Source of the DNA: Steroidobacteraceae bacterium
Lineage (GTDB): Bacteria > Pseudomonadota > Gammaproteobacteria > Steroidobacterales > Steroidobacteraceae
NCBI GenBank assembly: GCA_035279135.1
Contig: DATEII010000125.1
Location: 740 to 64,739, forward strand
DNA length: 64,000 nt
Direction: 5' to 3'
Part shown: piece by piece, positions 9,792 through 19,352 of the stretch
How positions within the stretch are numbered: position 1 is the stretch's first letter
Layout: each line of letters starts with the position of its first letter
The notes under the pieces: model-generated
Databases searched by the model: none
Told to the model about the DNA's origin: nothing
What the model saw: only the letters and a program-made list of their open reading frames with translations
Position numbers and translations under genes: made by a program

Positions 9792-12700
9792 ATGCAAAGA
9801 AAATCACCGTTATTCCAATTCACGTTCCTGGGATGTGTCGGCGCCGCCGGACTCATCTCGACGGGAGCCGTGGCGCAAAGTCAGCCATCCACGTCCGCTG
9901 GCGGGACGTCCGAGGAGATCGACGAGGTCGTCGTCACCGGCTTCCGCGCCTCGCTGCAGAGCTCGGTCGCCGCGAAGCGCGACAACATCAGCGTGTCCGA
10001 TTCGGTCTATGCCGAAGACATCGGCAAGTTCCCGGACCTGAACCTGGCCGAATCGCTGCAGCGCATTCCCGGCGTGCAGATCGCGCGCGACTTCACCGGT
10101 GAAGGCACTTCGGTCGCCATCCGCGGCCTGGGCAAGGACTTCACGCAGATCACGCTGAACGGTGCGCCGGTCGAAACCGCGTCCGACAGCAACATCGACA
10201 ACGTGAGCAGTGGCCGCGGGCTCGACCTCGTGTTGTTCCCGACGGAACTGTTCCGCCAGCTGACCGTCACCAAGACGCCGACCGCGCGCCAGATCGAAGG
10301 CGCCGTGGCGGCCAACGTCGACCTTCGCATCGCGCGTCCGTTCGACAACAAGGGCTTCCACGTCAACTACACGGCCAAGGGCAACTACCAGGAAGCGGCT
10401 GAAGACTGGAGCCCGCGCCTCGGCTTGTACGCGAGCAACACCTGGGAGACGGGCGCTGGTGAATTCGGCGTGCTCGGCGGCATCGCATACTCGGATCGCA
10501 AATACCGCTCTGACGGTTTCAACACCATCGGCTTCACGACGGTCGCGACGCCGGGTTGCCCGACCACGCAGGCCGGTTGCAACACGCGTAACCAGGCGAC
10601 CGGCGGCTATGGCAACGCCAGCCAGGCGTGGCCGACCACGGTGCCCGCTGGTTACAACTTTGGCGCCAACGGTGCGACCGCCGGCGGACCGCTGACGGTT
10701 TGCGGCCCGGGCAGCACGCCGGGCGGTACGTCGGGACTTTCCTGCAACGACCTCAGTTACGCGATCTGGCCGCGCCTCGCGCGTCCCGACTCGCTCGTGG
10801 GTGAGCGCGAAACCAAGTCGGCCATTCTCTCGATGCAGTGGGCTCCGAACGAGTCGCTGCAGTTCTACTGGGACAACCTGTACTCCGAGGCCGATCACCC
10901 CTACGAGCGCAACGACCTGAACCTCGCGGTTCGAAGCACCAACACCAACGTGCCGGTGGACGTGGAGCTCGACGAGAACCACGTCGTGCGGCGCGCCACC
11001 ATCGCGAACCCGGTGTGGCTCAACGAGAACCGTCCGTACCACGAAGACACGGACTTCATGAATTCCAACCTGGGCATGGAATGGAAAATCGGCGAGAAGT
11101 TCACGCTCGAGACGTCGCTGAACTACAACCACAGCAACTGGTTCCGTTCGACCAACACCTACCTGTTCAACTCGAACCTCAATACCGGCATCACGGTGGA
11201 CATCGAGGCTAACGGCGACGGAGTCATCAAGGTCACGCCGAGCCGTGACCTGAACGACGTCAACTTCTGGAACTGGAATGCCCTGCGCATCCAGCCGGTG
11301 CAGCGTGAGGTCTGGCAGAAGGGCGGTCGCCTCGAGGGTGAATATGCCTTCGCCGACGCCTTCAAGCTGGCCGCGGGCTACAGCGAGGACAAGTTCCACC
11401 GCGAGATCACCAACTGGGAAACCACCAGCTGCGCGACCGACGGCGGCAACGCCACCAGCGCCTCGGGACAGCAGTGTCTCGCCGCGCTGGCGGACCAGGG
11501 CATCCTGAATGCGAAACTGGCGGTGCCGAATGCGCAGCTCGGCCAGTACATGCAGACCTGGACGCACGGCGCGTTGTACAACACCTCGGACTTCGACGTG
11601 GGGCTGAACAACGGCTGGGCGCTGCCTAACTACAAGCTGCTCGACCCGGCCACGAACATCGACTTCTTCCAGGACGTGGTCGGCCGCCAGCGCGCCTATG
11701 GCAATGACGTCGCGGGCTACAACCCGCGCACGCTCGACGAAGACACCACGGGTGCCTTCATCGAGGCCAACGGCAAGTTCGACGTGCTCGACGGCTTCCG
11801 CTACAACGTGGGTGTGCGCCACATCGAGACCGACCAGATGGTGTCGGGCTTCGTGACGGTGAACACACCGACCGGTGCGGTCCGCCAGCTGCAGATCAAC
11901 AACGTCAGTTATGACAAGAACCTGCCCTCGACCAACCTGGCGCTCGAGTTCGGCCATGGCATCGTGGGTCGCGCGGCCTATTCGACCACGATGACCCGGC
12001 CGCAGCCGGGCGACATCGCGCCGAACGAGTCGCTCAGCGTGAACGGTGACATCCTCACGCGCGGCAACCCGGGTCTCGATCCGTACTTCTCCGACAACTA
12101 CGACCTGGGTGTCGAGTGGTACTTCGGCGAGTCGGGTCTCGGCGTCGTCGCGGTGAACGGCTGGCAGAAGAAGATCGAGGGTTACACCTCCATCGTCAGC
12201 ACGCCGACACCCTTCGGCCAGCTCGGCATCGACTACTCGACGCTGCCGATCGCGACGCAGACCGGCCTGCAGACCACCGCCAACGCGCAGTGTCTGTGCA
12301 CCACCGGCAATCCGAACGACGCCCTGGTGCGCGTCGATCAGCGCCAGAACACCACGGAAGAGATCACGCTGAAGGGCTACGAGGTGACCTACGTGCAGCC
12401 GCTCGACAAGCTGCTCCAGGGTCTGGGCTTCTCGCTGAACTACACGCACATCACGCAGAAGTCGGAAGGTGGTCTGCCGAACGCGCCGTCCAGCGCGGTC
12501 ACGGGCCTCTCGCCGTACACCTACAACGTCACGGCCTTCTACGAGAGCCATGGATTCTCGGGCCGTCTCGTCTACTCGGTGCGCGATACGTTCATCGACT
12601 TCCTGGGCAACAACGAGAACAACATCCAGGGTGACAACTACGCGCAGCAACGCAAGTACCTCGATGCTTCGTTCAGCTACAAGCTGCCGATGGAGACCAA

Positions 12701-12836
12701 CCTCTCCGTCAGCCTGGAGCTGCAGAACATCCTGAATGAGCAGCTGCTGACGTACTTCCGTGACGATCCGCAGACGCCGCGCGCTTCGTTCGCGCCCGGC
12801 CGCCAGCTGCTGATCGGTCTGGTGGGTTCGTTCTGA
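9792..12836 (+). CDS. TonB-dependent receptor (carbohydrate-type, in the xylan/uronate locus)
   Basis: ATG 9792 gives the signal peptide MQRKSPLFQFTFLGCVGAAGLISTGAVAQS. It has a TonB-box-like EEIDEVVVTGFR, a plug domain (NLAESLQRIPGV) and a C-terminal ...LLIGLVGSF. Confidence 0.92.
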   Translation: MQRKSPLFQFTFLGCVGAAGLISTGAVAQSQPSTSAGGTSEEIDEVVVTGFRASLQSSVAAKRDNISVSDSVYAEDIGKFPDLNLAESLQRIPGVQIARDFTGEGTSVAIRGLGKDFTQITLNGAPVETASDSNIDNVSSGRGLDLVLFPTELFRQLTVTKTPTARQIEGAVAANVDLRIARPFDNKGFHVNYTAKGNYQEAAEDWSPRLGLYASNTWETGAGEFGVLGGIAYSDRKYRSDGFNTIGFTTVATPGCPTTQAGCNTRNQATGGYGNASQAWPTTVPAGYNFGANGATAGGPLTVCGPGSTPGGTSGLSCNDLSYAIWPRLARPDSLVGERETKSAILSMQWAPNESLQFYWDNLYSEADHPYERNDLNLAVRSTNTNVPVDVELDENHVVRRATIANPVWLNENRPYHEDTDFMNSNLGMEWKIGEKFTLETSLNYNHSNWFRSTNTYLFNSNLNTGITVDIEANGDGVIKVTPSRDLNDVNFWNWNALRIQPVQREVWQKGGRLEGEYAFADAFKLAAGYSEDKFHREITNWETTSCATDGGNATSASGQQCLAALADQGILNAKLAVPNAQLGQYMQTWTHGALYNTSDFDVGLNNGWALPNYKLLDPATNIDFFQDVVGRQRAYGNDVAGYNPRTLDEDTTGAFIEANGKFDVLDGFRYNVGVRHIETDQMVSGFVTVNTPTGAVRQLQINNVSYDKNLPSTNLALEFGHGIVGRAAYSTTMTRPQPGDIAPNESLSVNGDILTRGNPGLDPYFSDNYDLGVEWYFGESGLGVVAVNGWQKKIEGYTSIVSTPTPFGQLGIDYSTLPIATQTGLQTTANAQCLCTTGNPNDALVRVDQRQNTTEEITLKGYEVTYVQPLDKLLQGLGFSLNYTHITQKSEGGLPNAPSSAVTGLSPYTYNVTAFYESHGFSGRLVYSVRDTFIDFLGNNENNIQGDNYAQQRKYLDASFSYKLPMETNLSVSLELQNILNEQLLTYFRDDPQTPRASFAPGRQLLIGLVGSF

Positions 12837-12864
12837 CGCGCCGGTAGTCTTTCGCTGCAATCGA

Positions 12865-12905
12865 TGAGGGGAAGCAACATGCGTTGCTTCCCCTCATCTT
12901 TTGTT
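12865..12905. terminator. Rho-independent terminator (possibly bidirectional) between convergent genes
   Basis: Perfect 14-bp stem TGAGGGGAAGCAAC / GTTGCTTCCCCTCA with loop ATGC, followed by TCTTTTGTT. Confidence 0.8.
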
Positions 12906-13004
12906 GGCGCTGTGCATCAAGGCGCATCCGCAACCTGGCAGAAGCAGGGCGCACAGTGTCACGCGGCACGTTTCGGTCAACGCACGCGGCCGTTTCCGAA
13001 TGGC

Positions 13005-13943
13005 TCAGCGCGAGTGCGCCAGCATCCAGGAGTAGACGTCGTCACCACCATACACGCGCACCCAGGTGAAGTGGCCCAGGTCTTCGTGATTCGTCAGGCG
13101 CGCGCTCGTGTGGCCCAGGGCTTCGAGCCGCTCGAACACGGCGTAGAAATAACGGGCGTTGACCACGTCGTCGCGTCCGCCCGAGAAACACCACACGGGT
13201 AGTTTGCTGCGGGCGATCGGTTCGGCATGCGCGGGATGGCCATAACCCACCACCGGTGCCACGGCCGCGAATTTTTCCGGATGGTTTGCCGCCAGGTACC
13301 AGGAGCCAAAGCCACCGTAGCTGAGCCCGGTGAGATAGACGCGCTTCGGATCGCCGCGCAGTTCGCGCACGGTGCGGTCCACCATGGCGACCAGCTCGTC
13401 GGCGATGAGGTTCCAGCCGTCCACCGGGCCTTCGGGGCCGTCGGGCAATTTGTCGTCGCGATCGGTGCCGCGCATGGGCGCATCGCGGCGCACGCTGCGT
13501 TCATCCGGCCTTGGATCCACGCCGTCGGCCCGGCGTTGCGGGATCTGTGCGCGCGTGCGGTTCTTTATGTAGTCCACCTCACCCTGGCCAAACATCGGCA
13601 GCTGTGGCGAGATGATGACGAACGGCAGATCGCGCTTCTGGCACCACGCCTCGTACAGCGGACCGTGCGCGAGCACGTAGTCGAGCTCACCCTTGCCGTC
13701 GCCGCGCTCGCCGTTCCCGTGCAGGAACAGCATCACGGGCCAGCTTTTCTGCTGTGCGTGGCCGGGCGGAAGATAGACGAAGTAGTCGCGCTCCTGGCCG
13801 GTGCGCGCGCTGCGGTAAGACACGCGTCGCAGCTCGGGCTGCGACGCGGGTTTCGTGGACGCTGCACCGGGCGCGGCGCGAACGCCGGGCGCGGCCGCGA
13901 GGCCGGCCGCGCCTGCGACCAGGAGTTCACGACGCGTGGTCAT
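13005..13943 (-). CDS. Secreted alpha/beta-hydrolase (COG4099-like esterase; probable carbohydrate esterase) with a Tat-type signal
   Basis: MTTRRELLVAGAAGLAAAPGVRA is a twin-arginine leader. The nucleophile elbow is GLSYGGFGS. The start overlaps the kdgK stop (ATGA), so the two genes are likely in one operon. Confidence 0.7.
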   Translation of the reverse strand: MTTRRELLVAGAAGLAAAPGVRAAPGAASTKPASQPELRRVSYRSARTGQERDYFVYLPPGHAQQKSWPVMLFLHGNGERGDGKGELDYVLAHGPLYEAWCQKRDLPFVIISPQLPMFGQGEVDYIKNRTRAQIPQRRADGVDPRPDERSVRRDAPMRGTDRDDKLPDGPEGPVDGWNLIADELVAMVDRTVRELRGDPKRVYLTGLSYGGFGSWYLAANHPEKFAAVAPVVGYGHPAHAEPIARSKLPVWCFSGGRDDVVNARYFYAVFERLEALGHTSARLTNHEDLGHFTWVRVYGGDDVYSWMLAHSR

Positions 13944-15046
13944 CGGATGACCCGCGCGCCCTTGCCCTTCATGACGGCCTCGACTTCCTTGACGTTGACC
14001 ATGGACGTGTCGCCCGGCGTGGTCATGGCGAGGGCGCCGTGCGCGGCACCGTATTCCACGGCTGCCTGCGGCCCCTTGCCCTCGAGGAATCCGTACGCGA
14101 GACCGGAGGCAAATCCGTCGCCGCCGCCCACGCGATCGTAGATCTCGAGGTCTTCGCGCATCATCGACTGGTAGAAGTTGCCGCCCGCGTACAGGATCGC
14201 GGACCAGTCGTTGAACGTGGCCGTCTTCGCATTGCGCAGCGTGGTGGCCGCCACCTTGAAGTTCGGGAACTGCTTCACCGCGGTCTGGATCATCTTCTTG
14301 AAGTTCGCGGGGTCGATCGCCGAGATGTGCTCATCGAGGCCTTCCACTTCGAAGCCGAGGCAGGCCGTGAAGTCCTCTTCGTTGCCGATCATCACGTCGA
14401 CGTACTTCGCGATGTTGCGGTTGATCTTCTGCGCGCCTTCCTTGCCACCCTGGCTCTTCCAGAGCGAGGCGCGGTAGTTGAGGTCGTATGACACGATCGT
14501 GCCGTGCTTGCGCGCGATCTCGACCGCCTCGATGACCGCCTCGGAAGTATTGGGCGCGAGCGCCGCGAAGATGCCGCCGGTGTGGAACCAGCGCACGCCT
14601 TCTTCGCCGAACAGCTTCTCCCAGTTCACCTCGCCGGGCCGGATCTGCGACGCCGCGGAATGCCCGCGATCCGAGCAGCCGAGCGCGGCGCGGATGCCGA
14701 AGCCCTTCTCGGTGAAGTTCAGGCCGACGCGCGTGTTGCGGCCCAGGCCGTCGAATTCGCGCCAGATGATCTTCGAGGTGTCGACGCCGCCCTGCATCAT
14801 GAGGTCCTCGACCAGCCAGCCGAGATCGTTGATCGGCAGCGCGGTGACCGCCGTGGCGCGTTTGCCCCAGCACTTGCGCATGGCGCGCGCGACGTTGTAT
14901 TCCCCGCCGCCTTCCCAGACCTGGAAGCTGCGCGCGTTGCGTACGCGGCCGAAGCCCGGGTCGAAACGCAGCATCACCTCGCCGAACGAGGCGCAATCCC
15001 AGCGCGTTTCCGCGGCCGACTTGATCTTCAGAACGTTGTCAGTCAT
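13940..15046 (-). CDS. kdgK: 2-dehydro-3-deoxygluconokinase (PfkB-family sugar kinase)
   Basis: 368 aa of PfkB/ribokinase-like sequence with DRVGGGDGFASGLAYG near the C-terminus. Located between eda and the esterase in the uronate locus. Confidence 0.8.
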   Translation of the reverse strand: MTDNVLKIKSAAETRWDCASFGEVMLRFDPGFGRVRNARSFQVWEGGGEYNVARAMRKCWGKRATAVTALPINDLGWLVEDLMMQGGVDTSKIIWREFDGLGRNTRVGLNFTEKGFGIRAALGCSDRGHSAASQIRPGEVNWEKLFGEEGVRWFHTGGIFAALAPNTSEAVIEAVEIARKHGTIVSYDLNYRASLWKSQGGKEGAQKINRNIAKYVDVMIGNEEDFTACLGFEVEGLDEHISAIDPANFKKMIQTAVKQFPNFKVAATTLRNAKTATFNDWSAILYAGGNFYQSMMREDLEIYDRVGGGDGFASGLAYGFLEGKGPQAAVEYGAAHGALAMTTPGDTSMVNVKEVEAVMKGKGARVIR

Positions 15047-15069
15047 GTCTATCTACTTTGTTGCTTCTG

Positions 15070-15744
15070 TTACTTGCCACGGATGGTCTTGATGAGCTTG
15101 ACGGTGTCGCGCACGCGCGCCTCGACGCCGGCGTAGTCCTGCTTGGCCAGCAGTTCCTTGGTGATCAGGTTGCTGCCGATGCCGCAGGCGACGATGCCGG
15201 CACCGAACCACTTGCGCAGCGATTCCTCGGTGGGCTCGACGCCGCCCGTGGGCATGATGCGCGTCCACGGCATCGGGCCCATCACGTTCTTCACGAACTC
15301 CGGGCCACCCACGGAGCTGCCCGGGAACACCTTGACGATCTCGCAGCCGAGCTCGTGCGCCTCGCTGATCTCGCTGGCGGAGCCGCAACCGGGCGAGTAG
15401 GGGATGCAACGGCGGTTGCAGACCTTCGCGACATCGGCGTTGAGGATCGGGCCGACGACGAACTTGGCGCCGTTGGCGATGTAGATGCCGGCGGTCGGCG
15501 CGTCGACGATGGAGCCCACGCCCATGACCACGGACGGGTCTGCCTTGTCGAAGTGGCGCGTGACTTCGTAGAACACGTGCGAGGCGAAATCGCCGCGGTT
15601 GGTGAACTCGATGCACTTGGCGCCGCCGTTGGCGCAGGCCTGGATGACCTTCTTACAGACCTCGACATCGGGATGATAGAAAACCGGGATCACTCCCTGT
15701 TCCATCATCGCGGCCAGTACGGTCATTCGATCCTTGTTCATCAT
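15070..15744 (-). CDS. eda: KDPG / 4-hydroxy-2-oxoglutarate aldolase
   Basis: 224 aa. It has GVIPVFYH...GAKCIEFTNR and the Schiff-base lysine context EIVKVFPG. Adjacent to kdgK. Confidence 0.88.
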   Translation of the reverse strand: MMNKDRMTVLAAMMEQGVIPVFYHPDVEVCKKVIQACANGGAKCIEFTNRGDFASHVFYEVTRHFDKADPSVVMGVGSIVDAPTAGIYIANGAKFVVGPILNADVAKVCNRRCIPYSPGCGSASEISEAHELGCEIVKVFPGSSVGGPEFVKNVMGPMPWTRIMPTGGVEPTEESLRKWFGAGIVACGIGSNLITKELLAKQDYAGVEARVRDTVKLIKTIRGK

Positions 15745-15982
15745 GTTCTCCGGCAGAGTGTGTGCAGCGCCGCCGTGCGGCGCGTGGCAGGGGCGGCATT
15801 TTCGCCAAGCGTCTGCGGGTGCCGCAATCGAATCTGCCCCCGTTCCCCGTCAGTTGCCATATGGCCCGTCTCCTTGCACTGCGGTCGGGAGTCGTCTATA
15901 ACCTGTCCACAAAGGTAACCGGTGTCATTCGCGCCGGGAAGCCAAGGCGAAAAAAAAGCTCACGAGAGGGAGAGGGGCTCAT

Positions 15983-18900
15983 ATGGCGAACTCGATTGGC
16001 ACCAAGGGGCTGCTGCCCCTGGTGTGCGGTGTTTTAAGCGTCGGCAGCGCATTCGCGGCCGATCCCGGCGATGCGGACAACGGTGCCGACGCGACCCAGG
16101 TTGCTACCGGTGACAGCGCCGGGCAGGAGGTCGAGGAAGTCGTGGTAACCGGTTTCCGCGCGGCACTGTCCAACGCCGTCGAAATGAAGAAGGCCTCGGC
16201 CGTCATGATGGACGCCATCAACGCCGAGGACATCGCGGACTTCCCGGACGCGAACCTGGCCGAGTCGCTGCAACGGCTGCCCGGCATCGCGCTCGACCGC
16301 GACAACGGCGAAGGCCGCCAGATCACGGTTCGCGGCCTCGGCAGCGATTTCACGCGAGTGCGCCTGAATGGCCTGGAGGCCCTGTCCACGGGCGCCGGCA
16401 GTGATTCCGGCGCAGCGCCCAACCGCAGCCGCGGCTTCGACTTCAACGTATTCGCGTCCGACCTGTTCAGCTCGCTGCAGGTGCGCAAGACCGCGTCCGC
16501 GAACGTGGACGAGGGATCGCTGGGCGCCACCGTCGACCTCATCACGGGCAAGCCGCTCGACTACAAGGGTCGGAAGATCGCCTTCTCGGCGGAGGACGCC
16601 TACTACGAGAACGGCGGCACGCACAATCCGCGCCTCGCGGCACTGTTCGCGGATCAGTGGTTCGACGATCGCCTCGGCGCCTCTGTGTCGATCGCTTACA
16701 GCGAGCGCGACTCGGAAGTCGACCGCTTCAAGCGTCAGGCTGGCCAGTCGGACTACACGTATCGAAGCTCGAGCTGGGCTGGCAACGAAGCTCCGGCGCG
16801 CGCTGGATTCGCGGCGCCCACGGGAACGACTTTCGGCACCGTCATCACGAATCCCGCCGCGCTTGCGGCGCTGACGGGTTCGGACCCGGCCGCCTATGCC
16901 GCCCTGTATCCCGGCCCACCGCTCAGCACGGCCGGCACTTTTGCCGATTCGATCGTACGCATTCCGTCGTTGATCAACATCGAGCAGCAGGATCTCGCGC
17001 AGGAACGCCTGGGAGTGACGGGAGCCCTGCAGTGGGCTCCGACGGACACGACCAAGATCGGTCTCGACCTCGTGTATTCGAAGTTCGACCAGAAGAGTGA
17101 CGTCAACCAGATCCAGTCCGTGGGCCTGAACCGCAACAACACCAACGCGGCTTACAACACGATGGCGGCCAGCGCCGCGGCGTCGGCCAAGCGCGGCACC
17201 TACCAGACCTGCACCAACCAGACGGCGTTGCCCTATCGCGATCCCGTCAATTGCGAAGGCTCGGAAGGCAACATCGCTGGAGTGTTCCCCGGGTACGGAA
17301 CCACGAGCTTCAGCACCAATCCGCACAACCTGGAGCCTTACGACTACTACAACAACCCGGGTTCGGTGGGTTATCCCGGCGCCACGGCGGTGACCAATGC
17401 GCGCGGCCTGTATTTCCGCGACGCCTTCTTCGGCCGTCCCGGCGTGGACGTGCTCGCGGCGCACGTGTCCGAGGCCGGTAATGCCGACTACCTCGAGATG
17501 CGCGGCATCGACTGGCGCTCGGCCACTGATTCCTCGTACTTCACCACCCAGTTCCAGCAGGCCTCGCTGAGCATCAACCAGCAGATCGGCGAGCAGCTGA
17601 ACATGGACATCCTGTACGGCAAGTCGCGGTCCGCCAATGACAACGAAGCGTTCCTGGTCGAGTTCAATCGCATGGACTCGCCCGAAACCTTCACCTACGA
17701 TGAGCGCGACCACGGTTCGATGCCGGCGGTCAGCTATGGCTTCGACCTCGCGGATCCGAACCAGTGGAGCCTGGTGAAGGGCTTCTCGGTGTTGCGTCAC
17801 TTCGATCGCGAGACAGACAACGACTACGAGGGTGGCCACCTGAACTTCGATCTCAAGCTCACGGATGCGTGGCGCGTCGAGTTCGGTTTCACACGGCGAG
17901 AATACAAATTCAAGACCAACGAGGGCCGGCGTCTCTCCAACGAGCAGATCAACCCGACGCTCGCGGAACTGGGTCTGACGGCGCAGGAACTGGGCCGTGT
18001 CTACGATTTCGGTGACGGACTCGACGTCCCCGCGGGTGCGCCCACGGCGTTCTTTGCGCCCGATCTCGACAAATTCCGCGACGCCATCGGCTTCGACTGC
18101 AGGTGCCTCAACAAGTGGGGCGACTTCCGCATGTCGTATCTCTCGAATCCGGGCAACCAGTACGCGGTGGACGAATACGACACCAGCTACTTCGTGCAGC
18201 TCGACTGGGACCTCGACCTCGGCGGTCACAGGCTGTTCGGCAATGCCGGTATCCGAACCGCCGATACATTCGTGCAGGCCGAAGGCATGACAACGAACGT
18301 GACGGCCACGGGTCCGCGGCCGCTGGTGGCGACCAACGAGTACAACGACGATCTGCCGTCGCTGAACGTGGCGTTCGAGATCACCGACGACCTGCTGATC
18401 CGCGGCGGTTATGCCAAAGTGATGTCACGCCCGCTGCTCAACTTCCTTTCGCCCACCATCAGCCAGATCACGACACCGACGGTGGCCAACACCAACGGCA
18501 CGCTGACCATCGGCAACCCGTACCTCTCGCCGTTCCGGGCCGAGAACTTCGACCTGAGCCTCGAGTGGTACTTCTCCGAGGGTGGTCTGGTTTCGCTGGC
18601 CTGGTTCAAGAAGGATGTGTCCAACTTCCCGCAGACGGTCGCGAGCGCCGCGTCGTTGCAGGACATCATGACGCCCGAGCAGTTCGCAGCAACCCTGCAG
18701 ACGCAGACCCCGCAACAGGCGGCCTGGATCCTCACGGGTGGTCCGAATGGCACACCCGGCATCTACAGCGTGCGTTCGTTCCAGGATTCGCCGGGCGGCG
18801 AGATCAAGGGCTGGGAGCTCAGCTACCAGCAGAACTTCACGTTCCTGCCGGGCTTCCTCAGGAACTTCGGCGTGCAGGCCAACTACACGAAGCTCGAGTC

Positions 18901-19345
18901 CAGCCTCGACTACATCGTGGACCCGGGCCAGCCGGCCACCCCGACGACGCCGGCCGTTGCCGGTTCCACGCTGGCGGGTGCGTTCCTCGGTGCTTCGCCC
19001 AAGTCGGCCAACTTCACGCTGTTCTACGAGACCTCGAAGTGGAGCGCGCGCGCCTCGTGGGCCTACCGTGACGCATACGTCACCACGTATCCGATCGCGG
19101 CGGGCACCTGCGCGCCGGGCGCCTGTGACTCGCCGCTGATCAACGACTTCATCGGCAGCAAGGCGACGCGCAACATCGACGCCTCGGTGAAATGGCAGGC
19201 GACGGATTGGCTCTCGTTCTCCCTGGAAGGCCTGAACCTGACCAACCAGACCGAGGATCGCTGGGCCTATGCGCAGGAGCCGCTGGTCACGCAGTACTCG
19301 AGCACGGGGCGCCAGATCTTCGCCGGCTTCCGCGTGACGCTGTAA
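15983..19345 (+). CDS. TonB-dependent receptor (large, 1120 aa)
   Basis: It has a signal peptide ...VLSVGSAFAADPG, EEVVVTGFRAAL, a plug domain NLAESLQRLPGI, and a C-terminal FAGFRVTL. ATG 15983 follows the RBS GAGGGAGAGGGG. Confidence 0.92.
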   Translation: MANSIGTKGLLPLVCGVLSVGSAFAADPGDADNGADATQVATGDSAGQEVEEVVVTGFRAALSNAVEMKKASAVMMDAINAEDIADFPDANLAESLQRLPGIALDRDNGEGRQITVRGLGSDFTRVRLNGLEALSTGAGSDSGAAPNRSRGFDFNVFASDLFSSLQVRKTASANVDEGSLGATVDLITGKPLDYKGRKIAFSAEDAYYENGGTHNPRLAALFADQWFDDRLGASVSIAYSERDSEVDRFKRQAGQSDYTYRSSSWAGNEAPARAGFAAPTGTTFGTVITNPAALAALTGSDPAAYAALYPGPPLSTAGTFADSIVRIPSLINIEQQDLAQERLGVTGALQWAPTDTTKIGLDLVYSKFDQKSDVNQIQSVGLNRNNTNAAYNTMAASAAASAKRGTYQTCTNQTALPYRDPVNCEGSEGNIAGVFPGYGTTSFSTNPHNLEPYDYYNNPGSVGYPGATAVTNARGLYFRDAFFGRPGVDVLAAHVSEAGNADYLEMRGIDWRSATDSSYFTTQFQQASLSINQQIGEQLNMDILYGKSRSANDNEAFLVEFNRMDSPETFTYDERDHGSMPAVSYGFDLADPNQWSLVKGFSVLRHFDRETDNDYEGGHLNFDLKLTDAWRVEFGFTRREYKFKTNEGRRLSNEQINPTLAELGLTAQELGRVYDFGDGLDVPAGAPTAFFAPDLDKFRDAIGFDCRCLNKWGDFRMSYLSNPGNQYAVDEYDTSYFVQLDWDLDLGGHRLFGNAGIRTADTFVQAEGMTTNVTATGPRPLVATNEYNDDLPSLNVAFEITDDLLIRGGYAKVMSRPLLNFLSPTISQITTPTVANTNGTLTIGNPYLSPFRAENFDLSLEWYFSEGGLVSLAWFKKDVSNFPQTVASAASLQDIMTPEQFAATLQTQTPQQAAWILTGGPNGTPGIYSVRSFQDSPGGEIKGWELSYQQNFTFLPGFLRNFGVQANYTKLESSLDYIVDPGQPATPTTPAVAGSTLAGAFLGASPKSANFTLFYETSKWSARASWAYRDAYVTTYPIAAGTCAPGACDSPLINDFIGSKATRNIDASVKWQATDWLSFSLEGLNLTNQTEDRWAYAQEPLVTQYSSTGRQIFAGFRVTL

Positions 19346-19352
19346 CCTCGCG

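Noticed and set aside
15745-15982. A LacI-type operator upstream of the second TBDR (GGTAACCGGTGTCA, about 15916-15929).
   Set aside because: It fits the generic TGnnAnCGnTnnCA pattern only loosely. It has 3 mismatches to a perfect palindrome and is dissimilar to the aguA-proximal candidate.
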